A DNA stretch of 64,000 bases from assembly GCF_000026545.1 (NCBI RefSeq), contig NC_011601.1; one strand, 5' to 3'. Shown here one piece after another: positions 11,966 through 24,792 of the stretch; position 1 is the first letter of the stretch, and every line of letters begins with the position of its first letter. The translations under genes and the position numbers were made by a program. Below the pieces are notes generated by a model. That model was not told the DNA's origin and did no database searches. It was given only the letters and a program-made list of their open reading frames with translations. Source of the DNA: Escherichia coli O127:H6 str. E2348/69 (GTDB lineage: Bacteria > Pseudomonadota > Gammaproteobacteria > Enterobacterales > Enterobacteriaceae).

Positions 11966-12484
11966 TCAGAATGCAGACGTATCCTGGAACAGACCTACTT
12001 TCAGGTCGTTGGCGGTATAGATCAAACGACCATCAACCAGCACTTCGCCATCAGCTAGGCCCATAATCAGACGACGGTTAACTATGCGTTTAAAGTGAAT
12101 ACGATAGGTCACTTTTTTCGCCGTCGGCAGCACCTGGCCTGTGAATTTCACTTCACCTACGCCCAGCGCGCGACCTTTACCTTCGCCGCCCAGCCAGCCG
12201 AGGTAGAACCCTACCAGCTGCCACATTGCGTCCAGGCCCAGGCATCCCGGCATAACCGGATCGCCGATAAAGTGGCATCCGAAGAACCACAGATCCGGAT
12301 TGATATCCAGCTCTGCTTCAACATACCCTTTGTCGAAGTTACCACCCGTTTCGGTCATTTTGACCACACGGTCCATCATCAGCATGTTTGGTGCTGGCAA
12401 TTGCGGGCCTTTAGCGCCAAACAGTTCACCGCGACCAGAGGCAAGAAGGTCTTCTTTTGTATAGGATTCGCGTTTATCTACCAT
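11966..12484 (-). CDS. fabA: 3-hydroxydecanoyl-ACP dehydratase/isomerase FabA
   Basis: 172-aa product from ATG 12484 starting [23 protein letters not shown]. Confidence 0.95.
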   Translation of the reverse strand: MVDKRESYTKEDLLASGRGELFGAKGPQLPAPNMLMMDRVVKMTETGGNFDKGYVEAELDINPDLWFFGCHFIGDPVMPGCLGLDAMWQLVGFYLGWLGGEGKGRALGVGEVKFTGQVLPTAKKVTYRIHFKRIVNRRLIMGLADGEVLVDGRLIYTANDLKVGLFQDTSAF

Positions 12485-12552
12485 GTTCTCTGTAAGCCTT
12501 ATTTTATTGAAGCACGCAGGATAGCTAACACGTGTACGCTGAACAAGTCCGA

Positions 12553-14313
12553 TCAGTTCGGAATAAACCAGTTCAGCCAACGTAATGGCCATGGAAAACG
12601 GTGACGTCCTTCCTGTTGCGATGCTTGTGCGATACGTTCCTGGATGGTTTGCATCAGCGTCGTTTGGCCTTCGCCATCCCACACCAGATTTAATAATAAC
12701 GGCAGTGCGTCAGTCACATCGTCTACTGCCCAGATGGTGAATTTGTCTTCTTCTACCGCTTTCACCAGTTCACTGTGAAGACTTAAATGGCGAACGTTAG
12801 CTGTGGGGATAATGACACCTTGTTTCCCCGTTAACTCACGTTGCTGGCAAATAGCAAAGAAGCCTTCGATTTTCTCATTTAAACCACCGACTGGCTGGGC
12901 GCGACCGAACTGATCGACTGAACCTGTGATAGCGATACTCTGATTCACCGGCACATCGGCGAGGGCGCTTATCAGGGCGCAGAGTTCAGCCATCGAGGCA
13001 CTATCGCCATCCACTTCACTGTATGACTGCTCAAATGTCAGCGATGCTGAGAAGGGGATCTGTTGCTCAAGCTGTAGTTCCGACATCAGGAACGCTTGCA
13101 TGATCATCATCCCTTTTGCATGGATATTGCCGCCAAGCTCCGCTTTGCGTTCGATGTCGGTGAATTCACCATCGCCAATATGTACAACGCAGCTAATGCG
13201 AGAAGGTTCGCCAAAAGCGCGTGGATGACCCGGAAATTCAATGACCGAAAGGGCGTTAATTTGCCCGATGCGTTCGCCTTCGGTTTCAATCAGGATTTGC
13301 TCCTGAAGGATCTCATCCTGCATGCGTTCAGCGAGGAAACCTTCGCGCCATTCACGCTGCTGTAGCATTAAGTTTAGCTGCTCGCCGGAGAAGGTGTCGC
13401 CATCACACAGGGAGGCGACCTCTTGACACTGGCGGAGGATCCACTGCGGGCTAAGCGGAAGTGTTTCTTGTTCACCAGTGTAGCGTGCTGCTTCGCGGAT
13501 AAGCACCGGCCAGGCATCCGCTCCCGGTGCAGGTAAGTGATTATGTCTGGCGGTAAATGTCACCCAGCGACACCACTGGCTTACTGACTCCGCATCGACA
13601 ATCTGCAGAGTATCTTCAAATTCGCTATAAATAGTCTGCTCTGAAAGCTCTGGTTCTATCTCCTGGAAATCAGCCAATGATTCGCGTTCGCCTACCAGAA
13701 TGACTTTCAGCTTCAATGGCATCGAAGGCACAGAGACGGGGAGAGGGCGCGACTCATCAAACGCAACCCAGTCAAAACGCTCGCGGTTAACGATATTTTT
13801 CAGCCGCATCCACAGCAGAGGTTGCGCCAGCAGTGTACGCAAAGAGATGATGAGAATACCGCCATTTGCCTGATGCACCAGACCAGGCTGCAGGGTAATA
13901 TCGCCATTAAACTGACGCAGGCAGCCAAAGAGTTGCTCTGCTTCTACCCAGTCGGCAGCGACAACTTGCGTTAAAGTCGCAAAATTATCATCTGCACTCA
14001 CTGCGTGACGTAAGCGGATGGTGTGGCCGGAAACCTCATAGTGACCGCCCACCAGTTGGCCTGCATCGCTTTGTAGCGTACGCGCGGCATCAGCAATAAG
14101 ATTCAGATACTCAGACTCTTCCGGGGCCTTCGCCAGCATAAAAGAGGAGGATGCTCGCGTATGCAGCAACTGCTCCAGCGCAAATTGCAGTCGCGGTTGA
14201 GTATCACTGAATAAAGGATCGTTTTCGTCAATCAAATGTGGCTGAGCAAATATTTCCTGATAGCTATCGGTATCAGGAACCAGGTCACGCCATGCAAGTT
14301 TCGTAATGGTCAA
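12553..14313 (-). CDS. ycbZ: Lon-protease homolog YcbZ
   Basis: 586-aa ORF with Lon-like C-terminal protease region; K-12 synteny between fabA and matP. Confidence 0.85.
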   Translation of the reverse strand: MTITKLAWRDLVPDTDSYQEIFAQPHLIDENDPLFSDTQPRLQFALEQLLHTRASSSFMLAKAPEESEYLNLIADAARTLQSDAGQLVGGHYEVSGHTIRLRHAVSADDNFATLTQVVAADWVEAEQLFGCLRQFNGDITLQPGLVHQANGGILIISLRTLLAQPLLWMRLKNIVNRERFDWVAFDESRPLPVSVPSMPLKLKVILVGERESLADFQEIEPELSEQTIYSEFEDTLQIVDAESVSQWCRWVTFTARHNHLPAPGADAWPVLIREAARYTGEQETLPLSPQWILRQCQEVASLCDGDTFSGEQLNLMLQQREWREGFLAERMQDEILQEQILIETEGERIGQINALSVIEFPGHPRAFGEPSRISCVVHIGDGEFTDIERKAELGGNIHAKGMMIMQAFLMSELQLEQQIPFSASLTFEQSYSEVDGDSASMAELCALISALADVPVNQSIAITGSVDQFGRAQPVGGLNEKIEGFFAICQQRELTGKQGVIIPTANVRHLSLHSELVKAVEEDKFTIWAVDDVTDALPLLLNLVWDGEGQTTLMQTIQERIAQASQQEGRHRFPWPLRWLNWFIPN

Positions 14314-14498
14314 AGTTGATGTTTTTTAGTCTGTTGTCAAAGCCGCGATTATACCGTAACCGGCACTGCAGCACACGTAGAAAGCAACGACAATACTCCT
14401 GGCATGGGCGTTAAAGCTCACAGGATGGAGATTCTTTTCTTCACTGGCCTAAAAAGCTGATATTCTGTAAAGAGTTACACGGTAACATTGAGATCGCT

Positions 14499-14951
14499 AT
14501 GAAATATCAACAACTTGAAAATCTTGAAAGCGGTTGGAAATGGAAGTATCTGGTGAAGAAGCACCGCGAAGGGGAGTTAATCACCCGTTACATAGAAGCC
14601 AGTGCCGCCCAGGAAGCCGTCGATGAGTTGCTCTCGCTGGAAAATGAACCCGTGCTGGTAAATGGTTGGATTGACAAGCATATGAATCCGGAACTGGTCA
14701 ATCGCATGAAGCAGACCATTCGGGCCAGACGGAAGCGCCATTTTAATGCAGAACACCAGCATACGCGCAAAAAATCGATCGATCTGGAATTTATCGTCTG
14801 GCAACGTCTGGCTGGCCTTGCGCAGCGTCGCGGTAAAACGCTTTCTGAAACGATTGTTCAGCTGATTGAAGATGCGGAAAACAAAGAGAAATACGCGAAT
14901 AAAATGTCTTCTTTGAAGCAGGATCTGCAGGCATTGCTGGGTAAGGAATAA
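14499..14951 (+). CDS. matP: macrodomain Ter protein MatP
   Basis: 150-aa [25 protein letters not shown] recognised as MatP. Confidence 0.9.
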   Translation: MKYQQLENLESGWKWKYLVKKHREGELITRYIEASAAQEAVDELLSLENEPVLVNGWIDKHMNPELVNRMKQTIRARRKRHFNAEHQHTRKKSIDLEFIVWQRLAGLAQRRGKTLSETIVQLIEDAENKEKYANKMSSLKQDLQALLGKE

Positions 14952-14981
14952 CTGTCAAAAGTCAGTTCAATTTACTAAAGG

Positions 14982-15017
14982 CGAAAAAAAAACCCCGCAG
15001 CTGCGGGGTTTTTCTAC
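14982..15017. terminator. bidirectional intrinsic terminator between matP and ompA
   Basis: A-run, hairpin ccccgcagctgcgggg, T-run. Confidence 0.7.
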
Positions 15018-15028
15018 CAGACGAGAAC

Positions 15029-16069
15029 TTAAGCCTGCGGCTGAGTTACAACGTCTTTGATGCCTTTAACTTCGATCTCTACGCGACGATCCGGAGCCAG
15101 GCAATCGATCAGTGCAGCACGCTGTTTCACGTTGTCACAGGTGTTGCCAGTAACCGGGTTGGATTCGCCCATACCACGTGCGGAGATTTTGTCTGCCGGG
15201 ATACCTTTAGAGATCAGGTAATCAACAACGGACTGAGCACGACGCTCGGACAGAGCCTGGTTATAAGCGTCAGAACCGATGCGGTCAGTGTAACCCAGAA
15301 CAACTACGGAACCGTCTTTCGGATCCAGGTTGCTCAGCTGGCTGTACAGCTGATCCAGAGCAGCCTGACCTTCCGGTTTCAGGGTTGCTTTGTTGAAGGT
15401 GAACAGAACGTCAGACTTCAGAGTGAAGTGCTTGGTCTGTACTTCCGGTGCCGGAGCTGGAGCCGGAGCAACTACTGGAGCTACTTCGCCCTGACCGAAA
15501 CGGTAGGAAACACCCAGGCTCAGCATGCCGTTGTCCGGACGAGTGCCGATGGTGTGTGCGTCACCGATGTTGTTGGTCCACTGGTATTCCAGACGGGTAG
15601 CGATTTCAGGAGTGATCGCATACTCAACACCGCCAGCGAAGACCGGAGAAACGCCGGTGTCGTGGTTTTTACCATAAACGTTGGATTTAGTGTCTGCACG
15701 CCATACCATACCACCCAGACGAGTGTATACGTCCAGATCGTCAGTGATTGGGTAACCCAGTTTAGCGGTCAGCTGAACGCCCTGAGCTTTATATGCACCG
15801 TTTTCAACGCTGCCTTTGTATGGCATACGACCTAACCAGTCATAACCCATTTCAAAGCCAACATACGGGTTAACCTGGTAACCACCAAAAGCACCAGCGC
15901 CCAGTTGGTTTTCATGGGTCGGACCATTGTTAGGAATAAAACCAGTGTCATGGTACTGGGACCAGCCCAGTTTAGCACCAGTGTACCAGGTGTTATCTTT
16001 CGGAGCGGCCTGCGCTACGGTAGCGAAACCAGCCAGTGCCACTGCAATCGCGATAGCTGTCTTTTTCAT
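15029..16069 (-). CDS. ompA: outer membrane protein A
   Basis: 346-aa product from ATG 16069 starting [22 protein letters not shown]-terminal OmpA peptidoglycan-binding domain. Confidence 0.95.
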   Translation of the reverse strand: MKKTAIAIAVALAGFATVAQAAPKDNTWYTGAKLGWSQYHDTGFIPNNGPTHENQLGAGAFGGYQVNPYVGFEMGYDWLGRMPYKGSVENGAYKAQGVQLTAKLGYPITDDLDVYTRLGGMVWRADTKSNVYGKNHDTGVSPVFAGGVEYAITPEIATRLEYQWTNNIGDAHTIGTRPDNGMLSLGVSYRFGQGEVAPVVAPAPAPAPEVQTKHFTLKSDVLFTFNKATLKPEGQAALDQLYSQLSNLDPKDGSVVVLGYTDRIGSDAYNQALSERRAQSVVDYLISKGIPADKISARGMGESNPVTGNTCDNVKQRAALIDCLAPDRRVEIEVKGIKDVVTQPQA

Positions 16070-16424
16070 TTTTTGCGCCTCGTTATCATCCAAAATACGC
16101 CATGAATATCTCCAACGAGATAACACGGTTAAATCCTTCACCGGGGATCTGCTCAATATTAACTCTACCGATATCTTCGGCTTATGCCGAGCACCCCTGG
16201 CGATGTAAAGTCTACAACGTAGTTGAAAACTTACAAGTGTGAACTCCGTCAGGCATATGAAAAAAAAGTCTTGTATAAGGTACGTTTAATCTTTTTTGTC
16301 AGCGACAATTTACAGAAGAAAATCGCGGAAACCGCTTCAGACAAGCCTCCGCAAGGAAAATTAGTCACGACTGAAAGCATTGGCTGGGCGATAAAAAAAG
16401 TTCCAGGATTAATCCTAAATTTAC

Positions 16425-16934
16425 TTAATGATACAAATTAGAATGAATTTTTAGCCCGGAAAGTTGTCTCGTTGCGTGAGAGGATGCGCTTACCGGACGC
16501 ATAATAAACCCCATAGCGTTACCTTCATTTGCCGCATCAACAAGTTCAGCATGCTCTTCTGCAGTCAAATCATCTGCCAACCAACCGATCACCACGCTGT
16601 AATTGCCCGTGCGTAAAGCGCGAACCATTGACTCCACGGTGTGGCAAGGGGAGAGCTGGCTAATCTGCATTACTTTCGTTAAGGGTAGCCCAGATGCCTG
16701 AACCCATTCGCGACTCAGTTTTTGTTGCGGTGTTAACCAGAGTTGCCAGCGCGATTGCTGACCGAGTTGCTGTAACAATGGCAACAGTAGAAGTTGCGTC
16801 ATCATGGGCTGATCTTCGCGATAGACAACTTCACTGATAAGCCCGGCTGTAGTGTTTTCCGTAGAGACACGCGCAATTTTGCTTGCTGCGGATGAGAACG
16901 ACGAATCACGATGTGCATAGCCTGAAGTGTACAT
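16425..16934 (-). CDS. sulA: SOS cell-division inhibitor SulA
   Basis: 169-aa product from ATG 16934 starting MYTSGYAHR. Confidence 0.95.
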
Positions 16935-16955
16935 AATCAATCCAGCCCTGTGAGT

Positions 16956-16975
16956 TACTGTATGAATATACAGTA
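16956..16975. promoter_or_regulatory. LexA (SOS) box upstream of sulA
   Basis: tactgtatgaatatacagta matches CTGT-N8-ACAG consensus about 22 bp upstream of the sulA start. Confidence 0.85.
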
Positions 16976-17151
16976 TATCCAGTGACGACAAAGATCAACC
17001 CTATTTTCGGAAAGAGCCTCGCAAATTTTGTCGTTGGTGGCGGGAAAACATAAATTAATCTTGCCCCTTAAGAATAAGTTGCCTATTTTCGTAGTTAACG
17101 GATCCGTTAATGTGAATCATTCTTTTATGTTATGATTTTAAAAGGAATTTT

Positions 17152-17781
17152 ATGAAAAGCCTCTCCTATAAGCGGATCTATAAATCACAAGAATACCTGG
17201 CAACGTTGGGCACAATTGAATACCGATCATTGTTTGGTAGTTACAGCCTGACCGTTGACGACACGGTGTTTGCGATGGTTTCTGATGGTGAGTTGTATCT
17301 TCGGGCTTGTGAGCAAAGTGCACAGTACTGTGTAAAACATCCGCCTGTCTGGCTGACATATAAAAAGTGTGGCCGATCCGTTACCCTCAATTACTATCGA
17401 GTTGATGAAAGTCTATGGCGAAATCAACTGAAGCTGGTGCGTCTGTCGAAATATTCTCTCGATGCAGCGCTGAAAGAGAAAAGCACGCGCAATACCCGGG
17501 AAAGACTGAAAGATTTGCCCAATATGTCTTTTCATCTGGAAGCGATTCTCGGGGAGGTGGGGATTAAGGATGTACGGGCGTTACGTATACTTGGGGCAAA
17601 AATGTGTTGGTTGCGACTGCGGCAGCAAAACTGTCTGGTGACAGAAAAGATTCTGTTTATGCTTGAAGGGGCCATTATCGGCATTCATGAAGCTGCGCTC
17701 CCGGTGGCACGCCGCCAGGAGCTTGCAGAATGGGCTGACTCTCTTACGCCAAAACAGGAGTTTCCTGCGGAACTTGAGTAA
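17152..17781 (+). CDS. sxy: competence regulator Sxy/TfoX
   Basis: 209-aa ORF recognised as Sxy; synteny after sulA. Confidence 0.85.
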   Translation: MKSLSYKRIYKSQEYLATLGTIEYRSLFGSYSLTVDDTVFAMVSDGELYLRACEQSAQYCVKHPPVWLTYKKCGRSVTLNYYRVDESLWRNQLKLVRLSKYSLDAALKEKSTRNTRERLKDLPNMSFHLEAILGEVGIKDVRALRILGAKMCWLRLRQQNCLVTEKILFMLEGAIIGIHEAALPVARRQELAEWADSLTPKQEFPAELE

Positions 17782-19906
17782 TCTGGCGTTGCAGACGACC
17801 AATCTCTGGCAGTAATGCAATCAATAACCCAACTTGTTGTACGACCAGAGGTTCTTTGCTGTCTGCCCGTGGTTCAAGTTGCTGCATCCGCTGTTTCAGG
17901 CCAGCTAATGCCTGATTGACGCGTTCTTCATCAGCAGGTTGATGATGTAGCGCGTCATCAACATAGCAAACTGCGTCATCAAGAAACGCCAGAATTTCAG
18001 GATTAGTTAACTGCTCCCGGTGAGCACCGAGGGCTGAGATATAGCTGGTAAACGTATGGTTAAGGCACAGCAACCGAAACGCGGCTTCGCGAATTTGCGG
18101 GGTAACGTTCGGTTCGCTGGACATATTTGATACCACCGACGCCAGTTCAGCATCACGGTTGTGTGCATCGCGGCGGGCAATACGATACGCCAGACGGTTA
18201 TCACGCCCCTGATGGTATTGCTCCAGTATGGCATCGAGATACCGACAGTTGGCCTCGGTGGCGCGTTCGAGCATTCGCGGCAGATTGCGAAACTTCCAGT
18301 CAGGCCAGATGTAGCTCACTGCAGCCCACGCAATGGCACAACCAATCAGCGTATCGATTACGCGAGGTAACGCCACTTCAAAACCTTCACCCAGCAAGTT
18401 GAAACACAGTAGCACCAAAAGTGTGATGAACATCGTTGCATGGGCGTATTGCACGTTACGGAAGGCAAAAAAGAGCACGCCGGTAATAACCAGCAGCACC
18501 AGCTGCCCTTCCAGTGATGGCACAAACCACAGCACAGGAATGCCAATTGCGATACCTACCAGCGTACCAATAATCCTTAACTTCAGGCGGTGGCGCGTGG
18601 CGTTATAGTTTGGCTGGCAGACAAACAAACTTGTCAGCAAGATCCAATACCCGTGATGCATTCCGGTTATCTGAATGATGGCGTAGCCGAAGCACAACAC
18701 CAGCGACATTCTTACTGCATGACGGAAGAGGGCGGATTCCGGCGTGAAGTGACGGCTAAGACGCAGCCAGATATCACTCAATCCGTGCGGGCTGTCATCA
18801 GCGAGCTCATTTTCGTCATTATTATGGGGCAGTGCCTGGGCCTGTTCTGATTCAATTGTTGCCAGTTGGGCATCAATGGCACGTAAATTGTTCAGTAAAA
18901 ATCCCAGTGTTTTGAGTAAATCAGCAGGAGCGCCGTTATCGCGCATCCGCTCCAGCGCAGCATCAATATGCGTAAAAGCGCGCTCAAAATGCGGATCATG
19001 TTGATAAGGCTGACGCAGCAAAATACAGCGTGACAGTTGCTGGCACGCCTGGCCCTGCATCGACATCAGCCGCTGAAAACGGAACAGCACGTCGCTGTGG
19101 CGAAAATGTTCACGCAATGTTTGATATTGAATATGAGAAGAGCTGGCACGCTCGTGAATATCCTGTGCGACAAAGTAATAATGCAGTGTGCGACGCGTTC
19201 CCCGTTGACCACGATCGCCACGTAAGCGGGTCAGCAGCGAGAGTTTCGTCTGATTCAATGTCGCCATCAGCTGACCGTTGGCGAGAGCCAAATCGTACAG
19301 CGGTGCCTGGCTTTCATCTTCAATATCAGGATCAAACATGCGCGACTTGAGCTCAAGATAACGCGCCAGTTGTTCATAGCAACGCGCCAGGTTGTCCTGC
19401 AGCGGGCGGACCGGGAACAGCAGATGACCAATAAGTGTCAGGACGTTGTACCAGACGGCACCGGCCAGAAGATACATCGGCTGCTGATACCAGTGCTCAT
19501 ACAGTGATGTTCCCAACATAGTGTAAATGGCGATCAGCAATGCACCGAAGGCAATTGTTGCATAGCGTTGACCCAGACCGCCGAGCAAAATGAAGCCGCT
19601 GGTAGAGAGCGTTAAGCCAATCGCAAATAGCCAGGGCCAGGGAAACAGCAATTCTACTGAGGCTGAGGCGATAAAAAAGCAGAACAGCGTAATGATGAGG
19701 TTACGCAAACGTCCCGCCAGTCGGTCATCGAGATCGGTCAGCGCCGCTGCCACCATCCCCAGCGTCAGCGGAATCGTCAGTTTTACATCACCCAGCCACC
19801 ACGGAAACGCTGTGGTTCCACAAAGCGCAATAAAAATACGCGCGTAATACAGCCAGGCGCTGTTCCAGGTATAGCGTTTGAGCAAAGGACTTAGCATAAA
19901 GGCCAT
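17744..19906 (-). CDS. yccS: inner membrane protein YccS
   Basis: 720-aa polytopic membrane ORF; synteny. Confidence 0.85.
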   Translation of the reverse strand: MAFMLSPLLKRYTWNSAWLYYARIFIALCGTTAFPWWLGDVKLTIPLTLGMVAAALTDLDDRLAGRLRNLIITLFCFFIASASVELLFPWPWLFAIGLTLSTSGFILLGGLGQRYATIAFGALLIAIYTMLGTSLYEHWYQQPMYLLAGAVWYNVLTLIGHLLFPVRPLQDNLARCYEQLARYLELKSRMFDPDIEDESQAPLYDLALANGQLMATLNQTKLSLLTRLRGDRGQRGTRRTLHYYFVAQDIHERASSSHIQYQTLREHFRHSDVLFRFQRLMSMQGQACQQLSRCILLRQPYQHDPHFERAFTHIDAALERMRDNGAPADLLKTLGFLLNNLRAIDAQLATIESEQAQALPHNNDENELADDSPHGLSDIWLRLSRHFTPESALFRHAVRMSLVLCFGYAIIQITGMHHGYWILLTSLFVCQPNYNATRHRLKLRIIGTLVGIAIGIPVLWFVPSLEGQLVLLVITGVLFFAFRNVQYAHATMFITLLVLLCFNLLGEGFEVALPRVIDTLIGCAIAWAAVSYIWPDWKFRNLPRMLERATEANCRYLDAILEQYHQGRDNRLAYRIARRDAHNRDAELASVVSNMSSEPNVTPQIREAAFRLLCLNHTFTSYISALGAHREQLTNPEILAFLDDAVCYVDDALHHQPADEERVNQALAGLKQRMQQLEPRADSKEPLVVQQVGLLIALLPEIGRLQRQITQVPQETPVLA

Positions 19907-19915
19907 ATTAGTGGA

Positions 19916-20362
19916 TTATTCAAAACGACGACGTGCATTGGCTTCGCGCGCAGCTTGCGCTGTTTCTACCGATACCACGCGACGACCGACCGGCCATAGT
20001 GCAATAGCGGCAATTTTAAAGTTCGCAATACCGACAGGAATGCCAATGATGGAAATACATTGTGCGATGCCCGTTGCAATGTGCATCAGGCATAACCACC
20101 AGCCAAAGAAAATCAGCCAGAAAATATTCAATACCGTACCGCCAGTATTCAGCAGCACATTTTTGCCAGCCGGGTTCAGTTCATCGACATGAATAGCTTC
20201 ATTGCCATAAGGCACCAGAGACAGTTTAGTGATCTCCCAGCAGGATCGTGTCAGCGGTAAGGTAAAAATCAGCACAATACTGACCAGAGTCGCCAACAGC
20301 CAGCCCAGAGTGGTGGCAAATCCGCCAAGCACAAAGTTCAGAATGTTCAAAACGGTACGCAT
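19916..20362 (-). CDS. yccF: inner membrane protein YccF
   Basis: 148-aa hydrophobic ORF; synteny. Confidence 0.85.
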   Translation of the reverse strand: MRTVLNILNFVLGGFATTLGWLLATLVSIVLIFTLPLTRSCWEITKLSLVPYGNEAIHVDELNPAGKNVLLNTGGTVLNIFWLIFFGWWLCLMHIATGIAQCISIIGIPVGIANFKIAAIALWPVGRRVVSVETAQAAREANARRRFE

Positions 20363-20484
20363 AAAACCTCGCTTTACTGTGGTTTTCAGTAATGGGCGGC
20401 AATTGTAACGTTTTTTTGGGCTGGAGCACGTTTTCTCTGACGGTTACACTGATAAGAAATAATTTCGTGTGGATCTACAGAGTC

Positions 20485-22539
20485 ATGGAACTGAAAGCGA
20501 CAACGCTTGGAAAACGTCTGGCACAGCACCCTTACGATCGGGCGGTGATCCTCAATGCCGGGATTAAAGTCTCCGGCGATCGCCACGAATACCTTATTCC
20601 TTTCAATCAATTACTGGCGATTCACTGTAAGCGCGGTCTGGTATGGGGCGAGCTGGAATTTGTACTGCCGGACGAAAAAGTGGTGCGTCTGCACGGCACC
20701 GAATGGGGCGAGACGCAGCGTTTTTACCATCATCTTGATGCTCACTGGCGGCGGTGGAGTGGCGAGATGAGCGAAATTGCGTCTGGTGTTTTACGCCAGC
20801 AACTGGATTTGATTGCCACGCGCACCGGAGAAAATAAATGGCTGACGCGTGAGCAAACCTCTGGCGTTCAGCAACAAATCCGCCTGGCTATGTCGGCGTT
20901 GCCGTTGCCGGTTAACCGACTGGAAGAATTCGATAACTGCCGTGAGGCGTGGCGTAAATGTCAGGCCTGGTTGAAAGACATTGAAAGCGCTCGGTTGCAG
21001 CATAATCAGGCGTATACCGAAGCCATGCTTACCGAGTATGCGGATTTTTTCCGCCAGGTCGAGTCTTCACCGCTGAATCCGGCGCAGGCCCGGGCAGTCG
21101 TTAATGGCGAGCATTCTTTGTTAGTGCTGGCTGGTGCAGGAAGCGGAAAAACGTCGGTGCTGGTGGCCCGTGCAGGCTGGTTGCTGGCGCGTGGTGAAGC
21201 GTCCCCTGAGCAAATTTTATTGCTGGCGTTTGGTCGCAAAGCCGCTGAAGAGATGGACGAGCGTATTCGAGAACGACTACATACCGAAGACATTACCGCA
21301 CGCACGTTTCATGCGCTGGCGCTGCATATTATTCAGCAGGGCAGCAAAAAAGTTCCGATAGTCAGCAAACTGGAAAATGATACCGCTGCCCGTCATGAAC
21401 TTTTTATTGCTGAGTGGCGCAAGCAATGCAGCGAAAAGAAAGCGCAGGCGAAGGGCTGGCGGCAATGGCTGACGGAAGAAATGCAGTGGTCAGTGCCAGA
21501 AGGTAATTTCTGGGATGATGAAAAATTACAGCGTCGTCTTGCCTCTCGCCTCGATCGCTGGGTAAGTCTGATGCGGATGCACGGTGGTGCACAGGCAGAA
21601 ATGATTGCCAGTGCACCCGAAGAGATTCGCGATCTGTTCAGTAAACGTATCAAGTTGATGGCCCCGTTATTAAAAGCCTGGAAAGGTGCGCTGAAGGCAG
21701 AAAACGCTGTCGATTTTTCGGGCCTTATTCACCAGGCGATTGTGATTCTGGAGAAAGGTCGCTTTATCAGCCCGTGGAAGCATATTCTGGTTGATGAATT
21801 TCAGGATATCTCGCCGCAGCGTGCAGCGTTGTTAGCGGCATTACGCAAGCAAAATAGTCAAACGACGTTGTTCGCTGTTGGTGATGACTGGCAGGCGATT
21901 TACCGATTCAGCGGTGCGCAAATGTCGCTTACCACGGCTTTCCATGAAAACTTTGGTGAAGGTGATCGCTGCGATTTAGACACGACTTACCGTTTTAACA
22001 GTCGTATCGGTGAGGTGGCAAACCGGTTTATTCAGCAGAACCCAGGCCAGCTGAAAAAGCCGCTAAACAGCTTAACCAATGGAGACAAAAAAGCCGTCAC
22101 ATTATTGGATGAGGGGCAACTTGACGCTTTGCTGGATAAGCTCTCTGGTTATGCCAAACCGGAAGAGCGCATTCTGATCCTGGCGCGTTACCATCACATG
22201 AGGCCTGCCAGCCTGGAAAAAGCGGCAACACGCTGGCCGAAGTTGCAAATCGACTTTATGACCATTCATGCCAGCAAAGGGCAACAGGCGGATTACGTCA
22301 TCATCGTTGGCTTGCAGGAGGGGAGTGATGGTTTTCCGGCTGCGGCGCGGGAGTCGATTATGGAAGAGGCGCTACTGCCACCGGTTGAGGATTTCCCGGA
22401 CGCTGAAGAACGGCGGTTAATGTACGTGGCGCTGACCCGGGCACGCCATCGGGTATGGGCACTGTTTAACAAAGAGAATCCCTCTCCCTTTGTGGATATA
22501 CTGAAAAATCTGGATGTGCCGGTGGCGAGAAAACCGTAA
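20485..22539 (+). CDS. helD: DNA helicase IV
   Basis: 684-aa product from ATG 20485 starting MELKATTLGKRLAQHPYDRAV; Walker A GAGSGKTS. Confidence 0.9.
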   Translation: MELKATTLGKRLAQHPYDRAVILNAGIKVSGDRHEYLIPFNQLLAIHCKRGLVWGELEFVLPDEKVVRLHGTEWGETQRFYHHLDAHWRRWSGEMSEIASGVLRQQLDLIATRTGENKWLTREQTSGVQQQIRLAMSALPLPVNRLEEFDNCREAWRKCQAWLKDIESARLQHNQAYTEAMLTEYADFFRQVESSPLNPAQARAVVNGEHSLLVLAGAGSGKTSVLVARAGWLLARGEASPEQILLLAFGRKAAEEMDERIRERLHTEDITARTFHALALHIIQQGSKKVPIVSKLENDTAARHELFIAEWRKQCSEKKAQAKGWRQWLTEEMQWSVPEGNFWDDEKLQRRLASRLDRWVSLMRMHGGAQAEMIASAPEEIRDLFSKRIKLMAPLLKAWKGALKAENAVDFSGLIHQAIVILEKGRFISPWKHILVDEFQDISPQRAALLAALRKQNSQTTLFAVGDDWQAIYRFSGAQMSLTTAFHENFGEGDRCDLDTTYRFNSRIGEVANRFIQQNPGQLKKPLNSLTNGDKKAVTLLDEGQLDALLDKLSGYAKPEERILILARYHHMRPASLEKAATRWPKLQIDFMTIHASKGQQADYVIIVGLQEGSDGFPAAARESIMEEALLPPVEDFPDAEERRLMYVALTRARHRVWALFNKENPSPFVDILKNLDVPVARKP

Positions 22540-22570
22540 GAAACAGGTGGCGTTTGCCACCTGTGCAATA

Positions 22571-23029
22571 TTACTTCAGACGGTCTGCGAGATAACGCTG
22601 ATAATCGGGGATCAGAATATCGACCGCGTCGTTAAAATGCGGTGACTGGATAATGAAGTCTGCCGTTGCCACGTTGGTGGCGACCGGAATGTTCCATACC
22701 GTTGCCAGACGCAGCAAGGCTTTCACGTCAGGATCGTGCGGCACGGCATTTAGTGGGTCCCAGAAGAAAATCAATACATCAATTTTCCCTTCTGAGATCA
22801 ATGCGCCAACCTGCTGGTCACCCCCCATTGGGCCACTCAACATCGCGTTGACGTTCATGCCGGTCGCGCGGGAAATTAAGTTACCGGTAGTGCCTGTTGC
22901 ATACAGTACGTGTTGTTCCAGTAACGGTTGATGCCGTTCCACCCAGCTCATCAGCATTTGTTTGCAGTGATCGTGTGCCACCAGCGCAATATGTTTCCGC
23001 GAAGGTAAAGTGCGAGTCGTCAGTTCCAT
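22571..23029 (-). CDS. mgsA: methylglyoxal synthase
   Basis: 152-aa product from ATG 23029 starting MELTTRTLP. Confidence 0.9.
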
Positions 23030-23124
23030 AATGTACATCCGTAGTTAACTTTCCTACAGATTACTGTAAGTACTTATCGCTGCAAGATAAAGACTGAAAA
23101 AGCCTGCGCACAGGCACAAAAATC

Positions 23125-23787
23125 TCAGGAGGATGGTTGTTTTTCCGCCCATTGCAGGAAAGTATTTCGCGTTTGTGGGTCAGCCAGTTTAAACCAATAC
23201 TTCAGCCGTTGTTCTGTGAGCACCTGAGACTGCGGCGGAATAGCATCCAGCTCGGAAACACCCGAAAGCAGCGTACTGTCATCTGCCATCATCGTGGCAA
23301 ATTGCGGTAGTGAAGCGCGTTTCGCGGATTTGTTATAGCGTTCAACCTCGACCTCATAATCAATCGTTTTTGCCGTTGAGGTAATGGCGAGAATATCCAG
23401 CTTTACCGGAATCGGCGTCGCATCGCCATCCAACAATTCAAGGCGCGGCGCGGCATCAAAATGGTTAGCTTCCCGCTCATTCTCCAGGCGAGGCAGGCGA
23501 AAATTGACCTGGTTGATGAGCTGGGTATTAAAACTAACCACCAGTGGAGGGGAGATATAGAGCCGTTCTTCACTATTGGAAAGATGAATCGTCTTCTCAA
23601 CGCGAAACACTAACTGATGCGGTCCATTGTCCAGTTCAATGCTGTCCGCACCGCGCAGCAGAGAGCTGGAAACCTTCTTACCGTCGAGTACCAGAAGATC
23701 GACATCAGTAGAAAGCCGCAGCGTGGTGGCAAAAACGGATACCGGCAAACATAATGCAATCAAGGTGGTCACGATGCCGGTTTTCAT
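23125..23787 (-). CDS. yccT: periplasmic protein YccT
   Basis: 220-aa ORF with signal peptide; synteny. Confidence 0.8.
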
Positions 23788-23959
23788 AGATAGCTCCTGT
23801 TAAAAGACCGCCCGAATAATAATGTGTCAAAATTTTTCTTTAATCATACTTACTAACATATAGACATATTTCCCGCTTTTGCTTTCATTCATTCGTATTA
23901 GCTGCATGGTTGGCATGTCGGCTTTGTCGTACACTTTGTTAAACAGTCTGGAGGAAATA

Positions 23960-24373
23960 ATGAAAGAAACCGATATTGCAGGCATTTTAACGTCCACTCA
24001 CACCATTGCGCTGGTGGGGGCAAGCGACAAACCCGATCGTCCCAGCTATCGCGTGATGAAATATCTACTCGACCAGGGGTATCACGTCATTCCTGTTTCG
24101 CCAAAAGTTGCCGGCAAAACACTGCTGGGCCAGCAGGGGTATGGCACGCTGGCAGACGTTCCAGAAAAAGTCGATATGGTCGATGTTTTCCGTAATTCAG
24201 AAGCGGCGTGGGGCGTGGCGCAGGAAGCTATCGCCATTGGCGCGAAAACCCTCTGGATGCAACTGGGGGTGATTAATGAGCAAGCGGCAGTGCTGGCGCG
24301 TGATGCAGGGCTAAACGTGGTGATGGATCGCTGCCCGGCGATTGAGATCCCTCGCCTGGGCCTGGCCAAATAA
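23960..24373 (+). CDS. yccU: CoA-binding protein YccU
   Basis: 137-aa product from ATG 23960 starting [10 protein letters not shown]. Confidence 0.8.
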   Translation: MKETDIAGILTSTHTIALVGASDKPDRPSYRVMKYLLDQGYHVIPVSPKVAGKTLLGQQGYGTLADVPEKVDMVDVFRNSEAAWGVAQEAIAIGAKTLWMQLGVINEQAAVLARDAGLNVVMDRCPAIEIPRLGLAK

Positions 24374-24417
24374 AAAATCCCCGGAAGGCAAAAACCTTCC
24401 GGGGATTTGTTCAGGGA

Positions 24418-24792
<375 letters not shown>
